A program made the translations under genes and the position numbers. From the NCBI GenBank assembly GCA_013239625.1, contig MU053881.1, positions 12,166,879 to 12,230,878 of the forward strand: 64,000 nucleotides of DNA, in the 5' to 3' direction. Below, piece after piece: positions 51,703 through 64,000 of this stretch (its first letter is position 1; each line of letters opens with the position of its first letter). Source of the DNA: Lama guanicoe. Taxonomy: Eukaryota. The notes under the pieces were generated by a model. The model was not told the origin of the DNA. It saw nothing but the letters and a program-made list of their open reading frames with translations, and did not search any database.

Positions 51703-52372
51703 TGTAACCAGCAGGACCCTATGGGTCCTCCCAGAACAAACCCTTTCCCCCATGTCCTCTGTCTGCCTCTTGTTTGCAAAAAAGCTGTAGTCTCCCAGCC
51801 CTCCCCAGAGTCACAAAAGCCTCACTCAAGAATTAATGATTCAAATAATGTGACCATGTAGTGACGAAAAACAGTCACTGGGCCAGGAGAATTGGCAAGA
51901 ATTTAAATAGTAAATCAGCCATAGGGCAGTCATAGACTCTTTAGCTCCTCTCTGAAGTACCTAGATAGTAGTATCTGATCCACATTTCCTGAGTTGCTTT
52001 ACAGATGCTAAAACCCCTCCAACCAAACAGAAGAAATTAGTTAATGACCATGAGCACATTAGCCCTCAGAGCTACCGTAGCCTGAGGACTGATGATGTTA
52101 CCCCCTGTGACAGTGCCTTGTTACCTCACAATCAACCAGTCAGGGAATTGTGCACAAACTGACGCCCCTCCCTCACCTTGCCTGGAAAAAGGCTTTCCTG
52201 AAACCCACTGGGTTTCCACCAGGAAGTTAGGCTTTTTTTTGAGCATTAGCTGCCCTGGACTCCTCATCTGGAACCTTACAGTAAACACTGCACTTTCCTT
52301 CCCCACAACCCAGTGTCAGTAGATTGGCTTTATGGCGCTTTGGCGAGTGGACCCAAGTTTGGTTCGGTAACG
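51703..52372 (+). mobile_element. Solo LTR, ERV1-type (~670 bp)
   Basis: Starts tgtaacc, ends gtggacccaagtttggttcggtaac; AGTAAA poly(A)-like signal at ~52280; no clear TSD. Confidence 0.85.
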
Positions 52373-52910
52373 TGTTTAGCACTTAAATTTAAAACATCAG
52401 ATACTAAATTAGTAGCTTTCTATTAAATTAAAAATCTTTCTTTTGAAATTAAAATATCAAATCTTAGAAACAGTAGAGTTTAAAACCTGTAACATACTAA
52501 TTTTCCGAATAAACCAACAGGCCTCTCCAGGGCCTCTGATTACCATATTACATATATGCATTTTAAGTATTCAAAGATTTCTTCTAAAAATTATGATTTC
52601 TCACGTGTGCTTTGAGAGATACATGGGACAGATGCTATTACACCCTGTGATATAAGAAGACACTAAAGCCACGTGAATAATAGTCAGGCTCTCCTAAATC
52701 TCAGCTCTCTATTTGTCTCTAGAGACAGAGCTGTAGAAATGGGATTATTTCATCATTCTAAGAAAGGTCATGCCCTCAGTCAAATACAAGGACACAAAAC
52801 TATTGACAGGTAATAAGCTGAAATCAACCTAATATGGGTTAGACAGTATGGTCCTATAGGTACTTTCAGTTCTTAAAAACTTAGTTTTTTCTTAGTCATA
52901 AAATAGGATT

Positions 52911-52962
52911 CACAACATTGTAAAATGATGATAACTCAATAAAAATGTTTAAAAAATGTTAA
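52911..52962 (+). mobile_element. Extremely truncated (52 bp) L1 3' tip
   Basis: cacaacattgtaaaatgatgataactcaataaaaatgttt matches the ends of other L1 copies here; 11-bp TSD aaaataggatt at 52900-52910 and 52963-52973. Confidence 0.9.
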
Positions 52963-53399
52963 AAAATAGGATTAAAGTGAATGTGTGACTAGAAATAGAA
53001 AACAATAAAAGAATCATATATACTCAAGGTGATGATGATACAGTGAGAAGTCAAGTCATAAATTTCTATATTGATGGTCATCAATTAAACAGGTGAAGCT
53101 TTAATGTTAGAACACATATATGCCCATAAGCATTACTGGAGAAACCTGTGAAGTGAAGCAGACGTGTTCCAATATAAACACCTGATATACTCCTCATGTG
53201 GAATGACTACTGCACAAAAATAAAACTAACATCCCCAAAGATGTCTATATCAAGCCTTCACTTTCTCCTTAAATTCTAAGTATTACTTCATCCTGCACAG
53301 CATTTATCTGAATCTAATCTGTCTTCTTACCACCAGTCTTATAACTAAGAACTACCACTCTTCTTCTCTAAGAAGAGACTTAAGGCTGTTTATTTTCTC

Positions 53400-54000
53400 T
53401 CCCTTTTCACTTGAGCCTTCCCCTCCACTGAGAGCCATCTCCTAACCTACCTACCTTTGGTCCCTATCTCTCAAGTCTTCTTTTGCTTTCAGGTTGTCCA
53501 CCTCCCTCCCTTTCTTCACTATCTGTGATCTCAAAAGAGTCCCTACCTCTGAATCCACAGCAATCTCTGCCAACTACCAGATTCAAACTGCCCCTTCGAA
53601 AATTTCTAATGGCCATGTCATCACAAAGCCCTACATGTATTTCTCAATCTTTCATCTTTTTTGATCCCTATGTAGCTAGCTGTTCATACTCTTGACAACA
53701 TACCTTTCATAACTCTCTCGTCTCATGGGACTATTTTTCCTTTGTGTCTGATCCACCATAGGCCCTTTCGCTGTTAACTCACTGAATGTGAGTTACCCTG
53801 CAGAAGTATCCTGACCCTTCTCTCTGCTCTTTCTACCCCTTCCACCTCCCCCCTTGCTATTCTTAGTATATTAATCCAGTCTCATGGCTTTAAATATCAT
53901 CACTATTCAGAAGGCTCTTTGATCCATACCTCAGCTCTCTCTTCTTGGCCCAGACTTCTCTTCCAAATTCTACTGTCTTTCCTAGTCAATTCAACTTGCA
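53400..54000 (+). mobile_element. Decayed L2 body fragment
   Basis: ttaatccagtctcatggctttaaatatcat, ggcccagacttctcttcc. Confidence 0.6.
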
Positions 54001-55609
54001 AACAGTCAGTCTCCATATACTACAGTAAGTAGCAGGGATTGAGAAATTCACACAATAATGTTTCTACTTTCAAAGATTTCTATAAACATAACTATAGAAT
54101 ATCTTTGATAATTACTGAACATGTCATATTGCTATGTCTAAAGGTGAAACCATCTTCCCATTACCTAGACCTGTCCCATCAACTTTCCCGTGACCATTTG
54201 AAAACATCTTCTGTGCCCATAATTTTGGCTAATGGCACTGCCATTCTTGTAGTTGAATTTGAACTTAGAAAAACAACTTCCTCTCCTTTGCTTCCTGCTT
54301 ACGCTTAGTTTTGGGACCCACCCCTCCCCCACTTTATTCCCACTAGAGCCTGATTTGGGTAATCACTATTTCAAAGAGGCGGTGCAGCCAAGTACAGACA
54401 CTGCCATCAGGATGCCTGAATTCCTCATCTTACAGGGGAACATAGAAGGGAAGCAGCAACAATGAGGAACCCGAAAGAACAGAAGGAGCAACGTTCGTGG
54501 CCAATCTCTTGCAGTTTAGGACAGACAAAAGGCAAGATGATAATAGAGGGAATTCTTATCATAACAGGACTTTTTAACAGGCAGTAAGAAAATTGTTTGT
54601 CACCAGAGTACTCCCCAATGAAAGGGGGGAAGAAATGAAGAAGACATGAAAAGTAGTGCACCTATTCCAGTGCCTAAGGCTCAGTGTGAATACCATTTTC
54701 ATTACCCCTCACAATATTTGAACTGCACCATCGTTTCTCTCCCCAGAACCTAGCCCATACATAATAGGTATTCAAACATCTGTTGAATGAATATTAACAA
54801 ACAGCAACCATTTATCAAGTACTAGACACACAAAAAGTCACTGCACATATTGAAGAAATTACTTAATCCTAATTAGATGAGGAAAACGAAGCTCCCATAA
54901 TTGAAATATTCTGCCCAGCATCCCAAAATTTATAAATGATTGGGTCAGAATTAAAACCCAATTCTATCCAACATGAACGTCTCTACTCTTTCCACTGCAT
55001 TCTACTTAATCGTTCTATGAAGATGTTAAAAGATGTTTTTGAGATGTCCTTTACGGCCTCAACCATGATCTAATGTTTGCATGAAATTTCATCATGAAAA
55101 ATAGAATCCCTCTTGAAACACCTAAAGTTATTGTGTGGGGAGGAAGAGTTAAATTTAAGCTATTTTTATTCATTTTGTTTGCAGAAAGGCCCAGGGAAGG
55201 GGTTGCACAAGTCAGTCAGTCAAAAGAGGGTGGGAAATAGTGAGAGGCTGAGAGGACCGTAGATCCCTAACTCAACATACTTTACGATTTTGCCTAAGGC
55301 CAGCCCTGAATTATCTCCAAAAATCCTAGAAATAAGACTTATCTCAAAGAACCAGCTGTCTTCATTAAATATAGATGAACAGGAAAAAGAATATGTGAAA
55401 ATGAAATAACCTAAGTCCTACTTGCCCACGGCGAAAATGTGGAGAAAAACAATGTGAGACCATTTTTTTCTCTGACCTGTGACATAATTCTGGATGCATG
55501 CATTCTGGCACCCAAGAATTTAAGATCAATATGTTGAATTTCATCATTATAAGTAGCTAATGTGAATTACTCAAACTAACTACCCCCTTTATCTCCGATA
55601 CTTCATGTA

Positions 55610-55950
55610 GAAAACTGAACTAAGCCAAAGCAGAGTGGTTCTGACTGAAGCCCTACTATATACTAGTTATGCCTCTGAGCAAGTACCTTACTTTCTCTAC
55701 ATCTTAGTTTCCTTCTCTGCAATATGTGCATACCAACAGGACTGTGGTTGTTATTAAATGATCCCTTAAATGTCGTTAAGAGAAGAGGGTTTAGCAATGA
55801 TAAGCATCACTAAATGTTGATTTTATTGTCTCCACCCCTAGAAAGTTCCATGAGGGCAGGGATGTTAGTCTGTTTTATACATTGCCATCTCCCCTTGAGC
55901 CTATGAAGTATCTATCCTATAGGCTGTCAGTAAATTTGCCAATGAGTGAA
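55610..55950 (+). mobile_element. MIR followed by an L2 3' end
   Basis: ctgagcaagtaccttactttctct...ttagtttccttctctgcaa; aagttccatgagggcagggatgttagtctg...aatgagtgaa. Confidence 0.7.
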
Positions 55951-56299
55951 TAGAAAAAAGAAAACACGTTTGCCTGAGTCCTCAATAAAACAATAAAAAT
56001 GAAGGTGCCTTTGTGTTTAGCCGGTCAGCCAAATGCTCACACTCTCCCAGATTCCTGAGTACTACTTTAAAGACCTCTGGGGTAAATAGTTCCCTGCTTT
56101 CGTAATGAGAAGTGCTGAAGGCAACTCTGGCCTACCTTCTCATTTCCCCCTCTGAGTATCGCCCATCTGTTCATCAGGTAGGTCGTATCCTTTACAATCT
56201 CTAGGGAAAGGAAACACCTCTTTCATTTGAGGTTCTGACTTTTATGAGAAGAATGCAGCAGGTACTAAAATAATAATAATTAATGGAGATGAGGTCATC

Positions 56300-56575
56300 A
56301 GCATTACGTGCCTTATGAATCCCTTCTCCCTGACCAGCCACGTGGCCAGGTGTTTGATGGGCAGTCACTTCACTGCTCAAACCCGCACTGTTGGGGAACT
56401 CCCACAATGAATGTAAATTCAGCTGTACTTGCTGGGGGGGATGAATGGCAAGCAATTAACAAATGCTCACAAAGTACTTGGAAAGAGATAATGGCACCAT
56501 ATAAATGTTACAGATTATCGCACCATGGAGCATAAAATCATCATCAATTCTAAGATGGATTAATTGAAAAGGTAA
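56300..56575. promoter_or_regulatory. Candidate enhancer (E-box, NF-kB and homeodomain motifs)
   Basis: gccacgtggc at 56337-56346, caggtg, GGGAACTCCC at 56394-56403, caatta and ttaattg. Confidence 0.3.
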
Positions 56576-56919
56576 CCAAAAAACTCACTCACAAAGAGCC
56601 TCCTTGCTGAGGAGAATCAAAAAAGGCACTGCTATCCTGTGGCTGATAAATCAATACCAGGCCTTCCCCCCCACCCACATCCTTGGGGGAATAAGAATAG
56701 GAAGCTGCATGGTTATGATGAGTGCTGGGGTAGAATCTTGATAAAAAGCAAAAATAAATACAAAATCACTACTCATCCAGAATTAAACTAGAGACAAAAT
56801 TGAAGAGGCCTGGCTTTAAACTAGGGTGCCACAAACAATTTTTATGCAAGTCACAAACAGCATAACCTAGAAGGCAGCATGTACAGCGGTCAAGAACATG
56901 CATTCTGGTACTGACTGCT

Positions 56920-57910
56920 CCCAAACGTATACCTCCAATCAAAGCCACTCACTCCCAGTATCCAGTTATCATCTCCACCAGGTATCAACTAGGTGTCTCA
57001 AACATGTCCAAAACCAAGCTCCTGATTCTCCCCTAAAAACCTGTACCCTCACCAGCCACAGTCTTTCCACACTCTGCAAATAGCAGCTCTATCCTTCCAG
57101 TTGCTCGAGCCAAAAACCTTGGACTCATCCTCAACTCTTACATCCCTCATTCAACCTGAGAGTGAAATCTGTTGGCTCTAATTTCAAAACATACCCAGTA
57201 TCAGACAACTTCTCACCACCTTTACTGATACTGGTCTGGTCCAAACCACCATCTCCTCTGTCCTGGATTACTGACACACTCTTCTAGCTGATCTCTCTGC
57301 TTCCACCTCCCATAACTCTCCTTTGGTGTATTCTTAGAAAGCCAACTCATGGTATTCCTTTGCTCACTATTCTGAAATGACTCCCCCCTTTGACTCCAAC
57401 TAAAAGCCAAAGAGTCTTTACAATGGCTTGCAAGAATCTACATGATCTATCTCCTCATCTTTTCTGAGCTCATCTCCTACAATTCTTTCTTCCTCCCCAC
57501 CTACTCTAGCTAAACTGGCTTCCCTACTGCTCCCAGAGAGTACCAGGCATGCATCTGTCTCAGGGCCTTTGCACCTGCTGCTCCCATCCATCCATCCAGA
57601 GACCTACATTGGCTTGCTCCCCCACCTCCTTCCCTTCTATATTCACAAGTACTAACTAAGAATTTTCTAAGCCAATTTCTCCTTTCTAAAATTGCAAGCC
57701 TCACCCCGACCCTGACTATTCCTTTAACCCTTCTCTGCAATTTTTCTTCTTAGTATCTATCAGCACCTGGCATTATTTGTTGAGTAGCTCTCCCCATTTG
57801 AAAGTATTCTCCGTGAAGGCAGTAATTTTTGCCTATTTCTTTTCCTCTTGGTTCACTGCTGTCTTTCCATCCCCAGAAAACTGTCTGACATATAACGCTG
57901 AATAAATATT
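56920..57910 (+). mobile_element. L2a 3' region (~1 kb)
   Basis: ctcaaacatgtccaaaacc, tccttccagttgctcgagccaaaaaccttggactcatcct, ctcagggcctttgcacctgctgctccc, tgaataaatatt. Confidence 0.9.
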
Positions 57911-58619
57911 TTTTAGTTTATCTTTTTTTGCCATTTTACTGGTCCTTGAAATCTCCAGTGCCAGAATTACTGCACTAATAATCTATGCTAAGGAACCACA
58001 TGGCACCATCAAGTCAAAAGACCAGGAATGTGGTCGGCTTGCTTCCAAATTTTCTAATGATTCGACTTCTGGGCATGAAGACATTAAAGGGTAAAGTTGG
58101 AATTTGATTTTTCCATAGTTATTAATATTAAACACTAGCTCTCTAATCATAAAACATAAGGCTGGTTTTTAACTCATGAATCAGGCTGGAGGGGAAGAAA
58201 TTAAAGAGATGCACGTTTCATTCTCTGGCACCACCCCTTGGATATAAGAGACAGTTTTGTTCAACTGCTAAAACAATGTTTTTAATGTGTAAATTCTAAA
58301 AGAAAATTAAAAGTGGCAGCTACTTGATGTTTAGCAGAAAAAAAAAAAGAAAGAAAGAAAGAGAAAAGACCTCCTGTTCTGCAATCATTAAGACCTAGAG
58401 CTGCAGTAAATCCCTCTAATAAAAAATAATTTATGATTTTCTTGGAGCTGAGAAAATGATTGTGCACCTGAGCTTCTGACTTACAAAAACTGCATCTCCA
58501 GCTCTTTTTTTAAACTGCATCTTGATTTCAGTTTTACAGCTCTTCAGTCAAAGCAAATGATAACAACAAGCCCTCTATGAAAAGGTGAAGGCCACAGAAG
58601 GAGGCCTTTTCTAAATGTA

Positions 58620-58915
58620 AGGGGAAAAGGAGCAGACTTGCAGAATTATTTGGGAAGACCCTCTCAAATGTGACACGGTGGCCGGCCTTCCCTCATCAGC
58701 CAACCTGAAGTGTCCCCTCCAGCATCTCCCAATCATCCAATTTTAACTGTTGACAGAGCAATCACCCACCTCTCACTGTGTATTACCAGTCTCCAAACTC
58801 TAGAAGCTCCCAAAGACAAGGACCTGTCTGTCCAGTCCACCAATGTACTTACAGCGGCCACAGTGACACCTGGCAAAGGAAGATACTTAGCACACATTTG
58901 TTGCATGAATGATTA
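58620..58915 (+). mobile_element. L2 3' end
   Basis: ctagaagctccc...cacagtgacacctggca...atttgttgcatgaatga. Confidence 0.6.
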
Positions 58916-61900
58916 AACATTTGAATTTTCCCTTCTTGCATTCTGTCCAATTAGGAGGTATGAGTCTAACTCTTATCAATTAATAAGTTAATGTGACCAG
59001 CTAAGAAGATTCAAGAGAAATGCATGCTTTTGTAAGGTCTGAATTCTGCCCGTACAAATTAGTAGTGTAGAAAAGAGCTTCACGAAAGGGTGAGCCCTCC
59101 CTACTCTCCTCCCCAATTCCCAATACAATAAATGAAATGCACATTTCTGTCGGCTTCTATATGCTGGTGACATTTAGTTTTAATTCAAACCAGTCTTCAT
59201 AAATTCTGGTACTGTGCACAACATCTTAAATGGTTTTATTCTTTATTCAAAATCATCCCTCTCATTCCCAGAATTGTAGTAAACAGATCTTCTAAAGGGG
59301 AAATAAAACTATTTCAACAACAGGCCTATTTCAGCAATTTTTCAAAAGGTATTTCCTTTCATTCCCTTGGCTAGAATTTTCGTTTTATGCTTGAAAAGTT
59401 GTGTTATATATACATGTATTTTAGTCCAAATGGATGTAGCTTTTTTTTGTGTTATTGTTGTTGATTTCAGCATTTCTATTTTCCACTTCAGTATGTTTGC
59501 AAAAGCAAAACTTCCTATTTCTCTTATTTCTCCATTTGTGAGTCTCTATTACTAGACCATGTTCTCTTTTAAAGAAAGAATACTCAGAATACTCTGTGAT
59601 TCCTATTTTCCCTAATGAAAAAAATCAGATTTATAGATCAGAATATTTATAGCATATAATGATCTCCAATAACCTTTCATTTTTCTACACAACTTCTAAG
59701 GATTGACTTACATGTGTAAGAATCTCTTCAAACTTTTTCTCCCCATAGGCCCTCATTATCAACTCAGGGTCCTCAGAATTATAACTGAGCAAGAGACAAT
59801 TCCATGCTATCCCCTACAAAGCTGGGAGAGATTACCAGAAAAGAGGAAAATATTTCAAAAGCCATCACTCTTTTCCTCTCTCATCAACAGCTTCAATATC
59901 TCCAATCCCTTTCTCCAGCCCCAAGCCCCCAATGTGACTAAAAAACTTGAGAGAAATTTAAATTTTAATGTATCCTAAGGAAACAATCAAAACTGTATAC
60001 TAAATGTGTCTATAGAAGGGTTTATCACATTAGTCTATTATAGTATCAAAAATATACATGTACCCATATTGGAGAGAAGAAAAAAAGACGAATCAAATAA
60101 AACCATTTAACACTATGATGTATCACTGAGTAAAGGAATTATCAATTATTCTTTTCCTCTTTTTACTCTGTGTTTCTATTTTTTCCAACTACCATCTATG
60201 ACATTAAAAATTTAGAGTTTAATGTTTAAGAAAAATCCTTTTAACAACAAAAAGTAGACGAGCTCTCTGATCATAACTGTCTTTTTTAATATTTGTATCT
60301 GCCTTCAGTACCAGATTAGAAGGAACAGAATGTCAGCCTAAGAGATGTTGAGAGATCCAGTATCATACAGTGAAAACACCTCTCCCAAAGGCCAACTACC
60401 CACAAGTCTGTGGATCTAAAAAGGAAGAGGAGGAGGAAGGCTTCTCTGATGCTGGAGAACGCATCCTTTCTTTCACCCACCGTTTCCTTCCTTCTCTCTT
60501 AGAAGCCTATACAGCAACGTGGGATTTCTGACTAATTACGAGTCAACATGATCAATGACTATTTTTCCAGCCAACTCTTTTTGACAGATGAGCCACTCAC
60601 AGCTTTTTGGAAGCACCCTCCCCCCTCAAAGAAAAAAAAAATATCATCTAAAGCCCTCTCTCCCCAATGTTTATTTATTCTTTACTAAAAATATGTATCA
60701 ATTTACCATCTAACACATTAACTACGTTCACTTTTGTTTTCCTTTTCAATCCTCATCTACAGACATTTCTATCTCATGGGCTTGTAAATATAGTAAAAGA
60801 TTTTGCATTCTGCTCATTTAATTTTATAGAGATTCTCATTTTAAACTATTGTACGGTTTTTAATTCAAAGACAGAAAATAATTCTATGAGATTTTGACTA
60901 CAGATACCTTTCCACCCAAGTATAAATCCTAAAAGTAAATACAGCTATTAAAATTAATTACACCAAATTGCTTGAGCAGGGTGTACAGAAAACCCAAGGC
61001 CAAGTACTAAAAATTTGAGAGAGTCAATTATCAAGCTATCTAGTAAAAGCCTCCAAAAATCGATAATCCTGCAGCCTCACTTTTACAATGACATTAGAAA
61101 TAACATTTAATTTCTTATATATGAGGAGAAATCTCATGGAAAGCTGGTCTATGCTAATCTTTTAAACCTATTACCAACATTTTATGCATCATAATCCTAG
61201 CTAAATCAGAGTATATCTATCTACTTAGGTTCCCCCAACAACAGCACTTTCTAAAAGGGTCCCTGCCAGGCAGTAACACCATTCATTTACTAAATATTGC
61301 TTGGGGACCCAGCCATGCATGACTCACATTAATGCAGATGGGAGTTTCACAGTCAGATCCAAGGTCTGTGGAACACATGGAGTAACCCCTTCTTGGGTCT
61401 TCTCCTCTCGTATCTATTTAGCGTGGATTATAAAAAGAATTTGGTCTGCCAAGCCTTCCTCAATTCCCAAAAACCATTAGGTTCATATTTTTAAGAGTTT
61501 GTTTTCTCTTTAAACCTAGGTATCATTTATCCTCGTAAGTTCAAAGGAAGGGGGACATCGACACCTTCAGCCATTCTCTTAAGACTAATTTCTTGATCAA
61601 TCGCCTGTTGTTTCTTAATTATTTTATTGGCATAATTACAAGTAAAGGAAATTTGATACTCAGAAAAGTTGTTACATAGGATATAAATCTGTAGTCTAGT
61701 AACACCAAAGACTGCAACAGCCACTGTTTTATTGCCAGAGCAGTCTGTCAATTTGATTTTCTAATATTAATATTACTTACCCAAATAACGATGTTCACTT
61801 GGGGCTATACACACTAAGAAGTAAAAGGCACTTTGTTTCTAAGCTTTCAACAATATGATGAAATAAATTATAGCCTATCCATCCAAGAAAATATGCCAAA

Positions 61901-62139
61901 ACCACTGAATATGATATACAGGTCTCTATTTACTGTCCAGAACATACTACCGATTAAAAATTAGCAAAAAAATAGGTCAACATGGTAGATGATTCCATTT
62001 TGTGCCTATAGATGTGTGTTAAAATGGAGCATAAAAGAGTATACGCCCAGATCTTATCAACAGTTATCTCTGGATGATAAGATTCCCAAGGTGTTTGCTT
62101 TTTACCTATCAATATTTTATATAATGGTAAATTTATATA

Positions 62140-62280
62140 AAATATTTGGTAGCTCACACTGAAAAAGAATGTGACAATGAATATATGTATGTTCATGTCT
62201 AACTGAAAAGTTGTGCTCTACACTGGAAATTGACACAACATTGTAAACTGACTATAACTCAATTTAAAAAGTTTAAAAAT
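62140..62280 (+). mobile_element. Short L1 3' end followed by AT-rich low-complexity DNA
   Basis: gtagctcacactgaaaaagaatgtgacaatg...cactggaaattgacacaacattgtaaactgactataactcaat. Confidence 0.9.
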
Positions 62281-63129
62281 ATTAAATTATATAAATAAAA
62301 ATAAATTATATAAAAATAAAAATTATAAATATAATAAAAATATATAAAATATTGATAAATGTAAGTCCACATGCTAAAATGCTTGGGGAAAATGAGAGAC
62401 AGAGGGAGTGAGAGAGGCTAGTTAGGATCAAGAAAGACAACCAGCCTGTCCTTCAGTATCAGACACAGAAATGCTACTTCTGATAAATGATAACTTTACT
62501 GATTCAGGTTAAGAATCCTGAATTTAACAATGAGTTTGCAACTTCCAGGACACAAACAGTTAAACCTCAGCAACACCAGAATGCCTTTGCCATTTTTGTT
62601 TTTTGTCCTGTGCCGCAGACTAGTTCAATTTCCTTACCCACATGTCCTTCATTAATGGCCTTTTCAATGGATTACTAATAAGTTTTTGATGTTAAGCAAA
62701 CATCCTATTAAAGTGAGACCAAACACTGTGACTATTTGTTTAATAACACAGTCTGAATGAAGGACGAAGTTCAATTAGCTCTGGAGCTGATACAGGCTTC
62801 ATTAGGAAGGAGAGGCAATTAAAAAGTGGAAGGCGGCAGGAGGCACTGATGTGCACATCATGCAGTGAGTGGAAAAGGACAAGCAGCACCAAGTGCCTCT
62901 GAAAAAAAAAAACTGCAACCTGAAGACTTCAGACAGAAAGAAGGATCATTAGCACAAAATTAAGCACCCGAACAGGGTGATCCTTACCCCGTAAGCTCCA
63001 GAAGAAATATGAGGCCAAATCATGTAATCTAAATAAACTGCAGGGTGTCAGGACAATGGGAAGAAACAGAAACTATCTAGCGGGCAGAGTTTCATTCAGC
63101 CCAAAGCTTGGTTCACAGATACTGTTCAG

Positions 63130-63300
63130 GGGATACTGCTGAGCACTATTTTGGGAGTCAGAAGACCAGCCTGTACCATTAACGAGCTGCATGACCTTGA
63201 ATAAGTCACCCAACCTCTGTAGAGTTCTGTTTCCCTTTTTGTAAAATTAAGGGATTAAATAAAGAGCTCTTCTAAAAAAATACCATACTTTTATGATTCC
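63130..63300 (+). mobile_element. MIR/MIR3 fragment
   Basis: gggagtcagaagacc...gctgcatgaccttgaataagtcacc.aacctct...tgtttccc...tgtaaaat. Confidence 0.75.
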
Positions 63301-64000
63301 AGTGATCCATTGTTACCATTGTTATCCGAGTGATCCAGGAGACAATGCAAATCACCAAAGACTGAACATTTACCAGTATTCACATAATGTTCTTAAAAGG
63401 ATGGTGGTAAGAATAAGCACATAGACAGGGATGATTTTTATTTCATGCATAAATCCTAAGACTTCTTTGATCTCTTCCAATTTCAATATATGTTCTAGGA
63501 ATTTTAAACCAGTAGGATAAATCAGATCTTTTTTATAACTTTTCTTTGCGGCATTGCATATTTACTGTTTAGTGCCAGATATTTGGGGAGAAATAAATGT
63601 GACTGAAGTGTGAAGAGGAGATGCTTTCATCTATTACATTGTTTAATGACAACTCTGTCATACCCCAAGGTCACTCTTGAAATCACAGCCTTGTGAAGAG
63701 GCCCATGGGGATCAGACCAGCTGCCTAGTGCCTGCTTCTCCTCCAGAGATCCCAGGAGGGAGAGAAAGAAAGCCAGCCTAGGAACAGCAGACAGACTCAC
63801 AGAACCGTTTTGAAGAGAGGCACGAGAACACTAAAATAGAACAGGTACGGATGGGGGAGGAAGGAGTGTAATAACAAAGAATTTGAAATAGAAAAACAAC
63901 GGCACTCGGTGCAAAAGTAAACAACTTCACTTCCAGAAGTTCATTCTACACAAGCATTTATTCAAATGGATAACGATGTGTCCATTCAGCACTCATTCAA

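Noticed and set aside
62847..62860. 14-bp palindrome tgatgtgcacatca
   Set aside because: A few 7-bp-arm palindromes are expected by chance in 64 kb
1..64000. CRISPR array, operon or other prokaryotic system
   Set aside because: Sequence is mammalian and repeat-rich, with no regularly spaced direct repeats or long ORFs

Overview
AT-rich, CpG-depleted mammalian DNA with no protein-coding exon, tRNA, rRNA or CRISPR array that I can support. Two tRNA(Ala)-derived vic-1-type SINEs, and no recognisable Alu, BovB/Bov-A, PRE1 or SINEC elements, suggest a camelid (alpaca, llama or camel). The window is a mosaic of L1 fragments of several ages, L2, MIR, hAT-Charlie MITEs (MER20, MER33, MER5A, MER102), MaLR LTRs and two solo ERV1-type LTRs. 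It also holds a decayed class I endogenous retrovirus (~22.9-27.4 kb: gag end, pro, RT, RNase H, start of IN, partial env, probable short 3' LTR, no 5' LTR). Most L1/ERV1 elements lie on the + strand, which suggests a large intron of a minus-strand gene that I cannot name. Several repeat-free, motif-rich blocks look like enhancers or conserved non-coding elements. The best-supported oddities are a perfect 16-bp inverted repeat inside the decayed gag, two L1 insertions at the same target site (one carrying a SINE-like 3' tag), tandem palindromes overwriting L1 ORF2, and a pair of mutually complementary 3-nt microexon-like signals. I found no convincing new biological system. Repeat family names come from my recollection of consensus sequences, not from a search, and boundaries are approximate unless a TSD is quoted.
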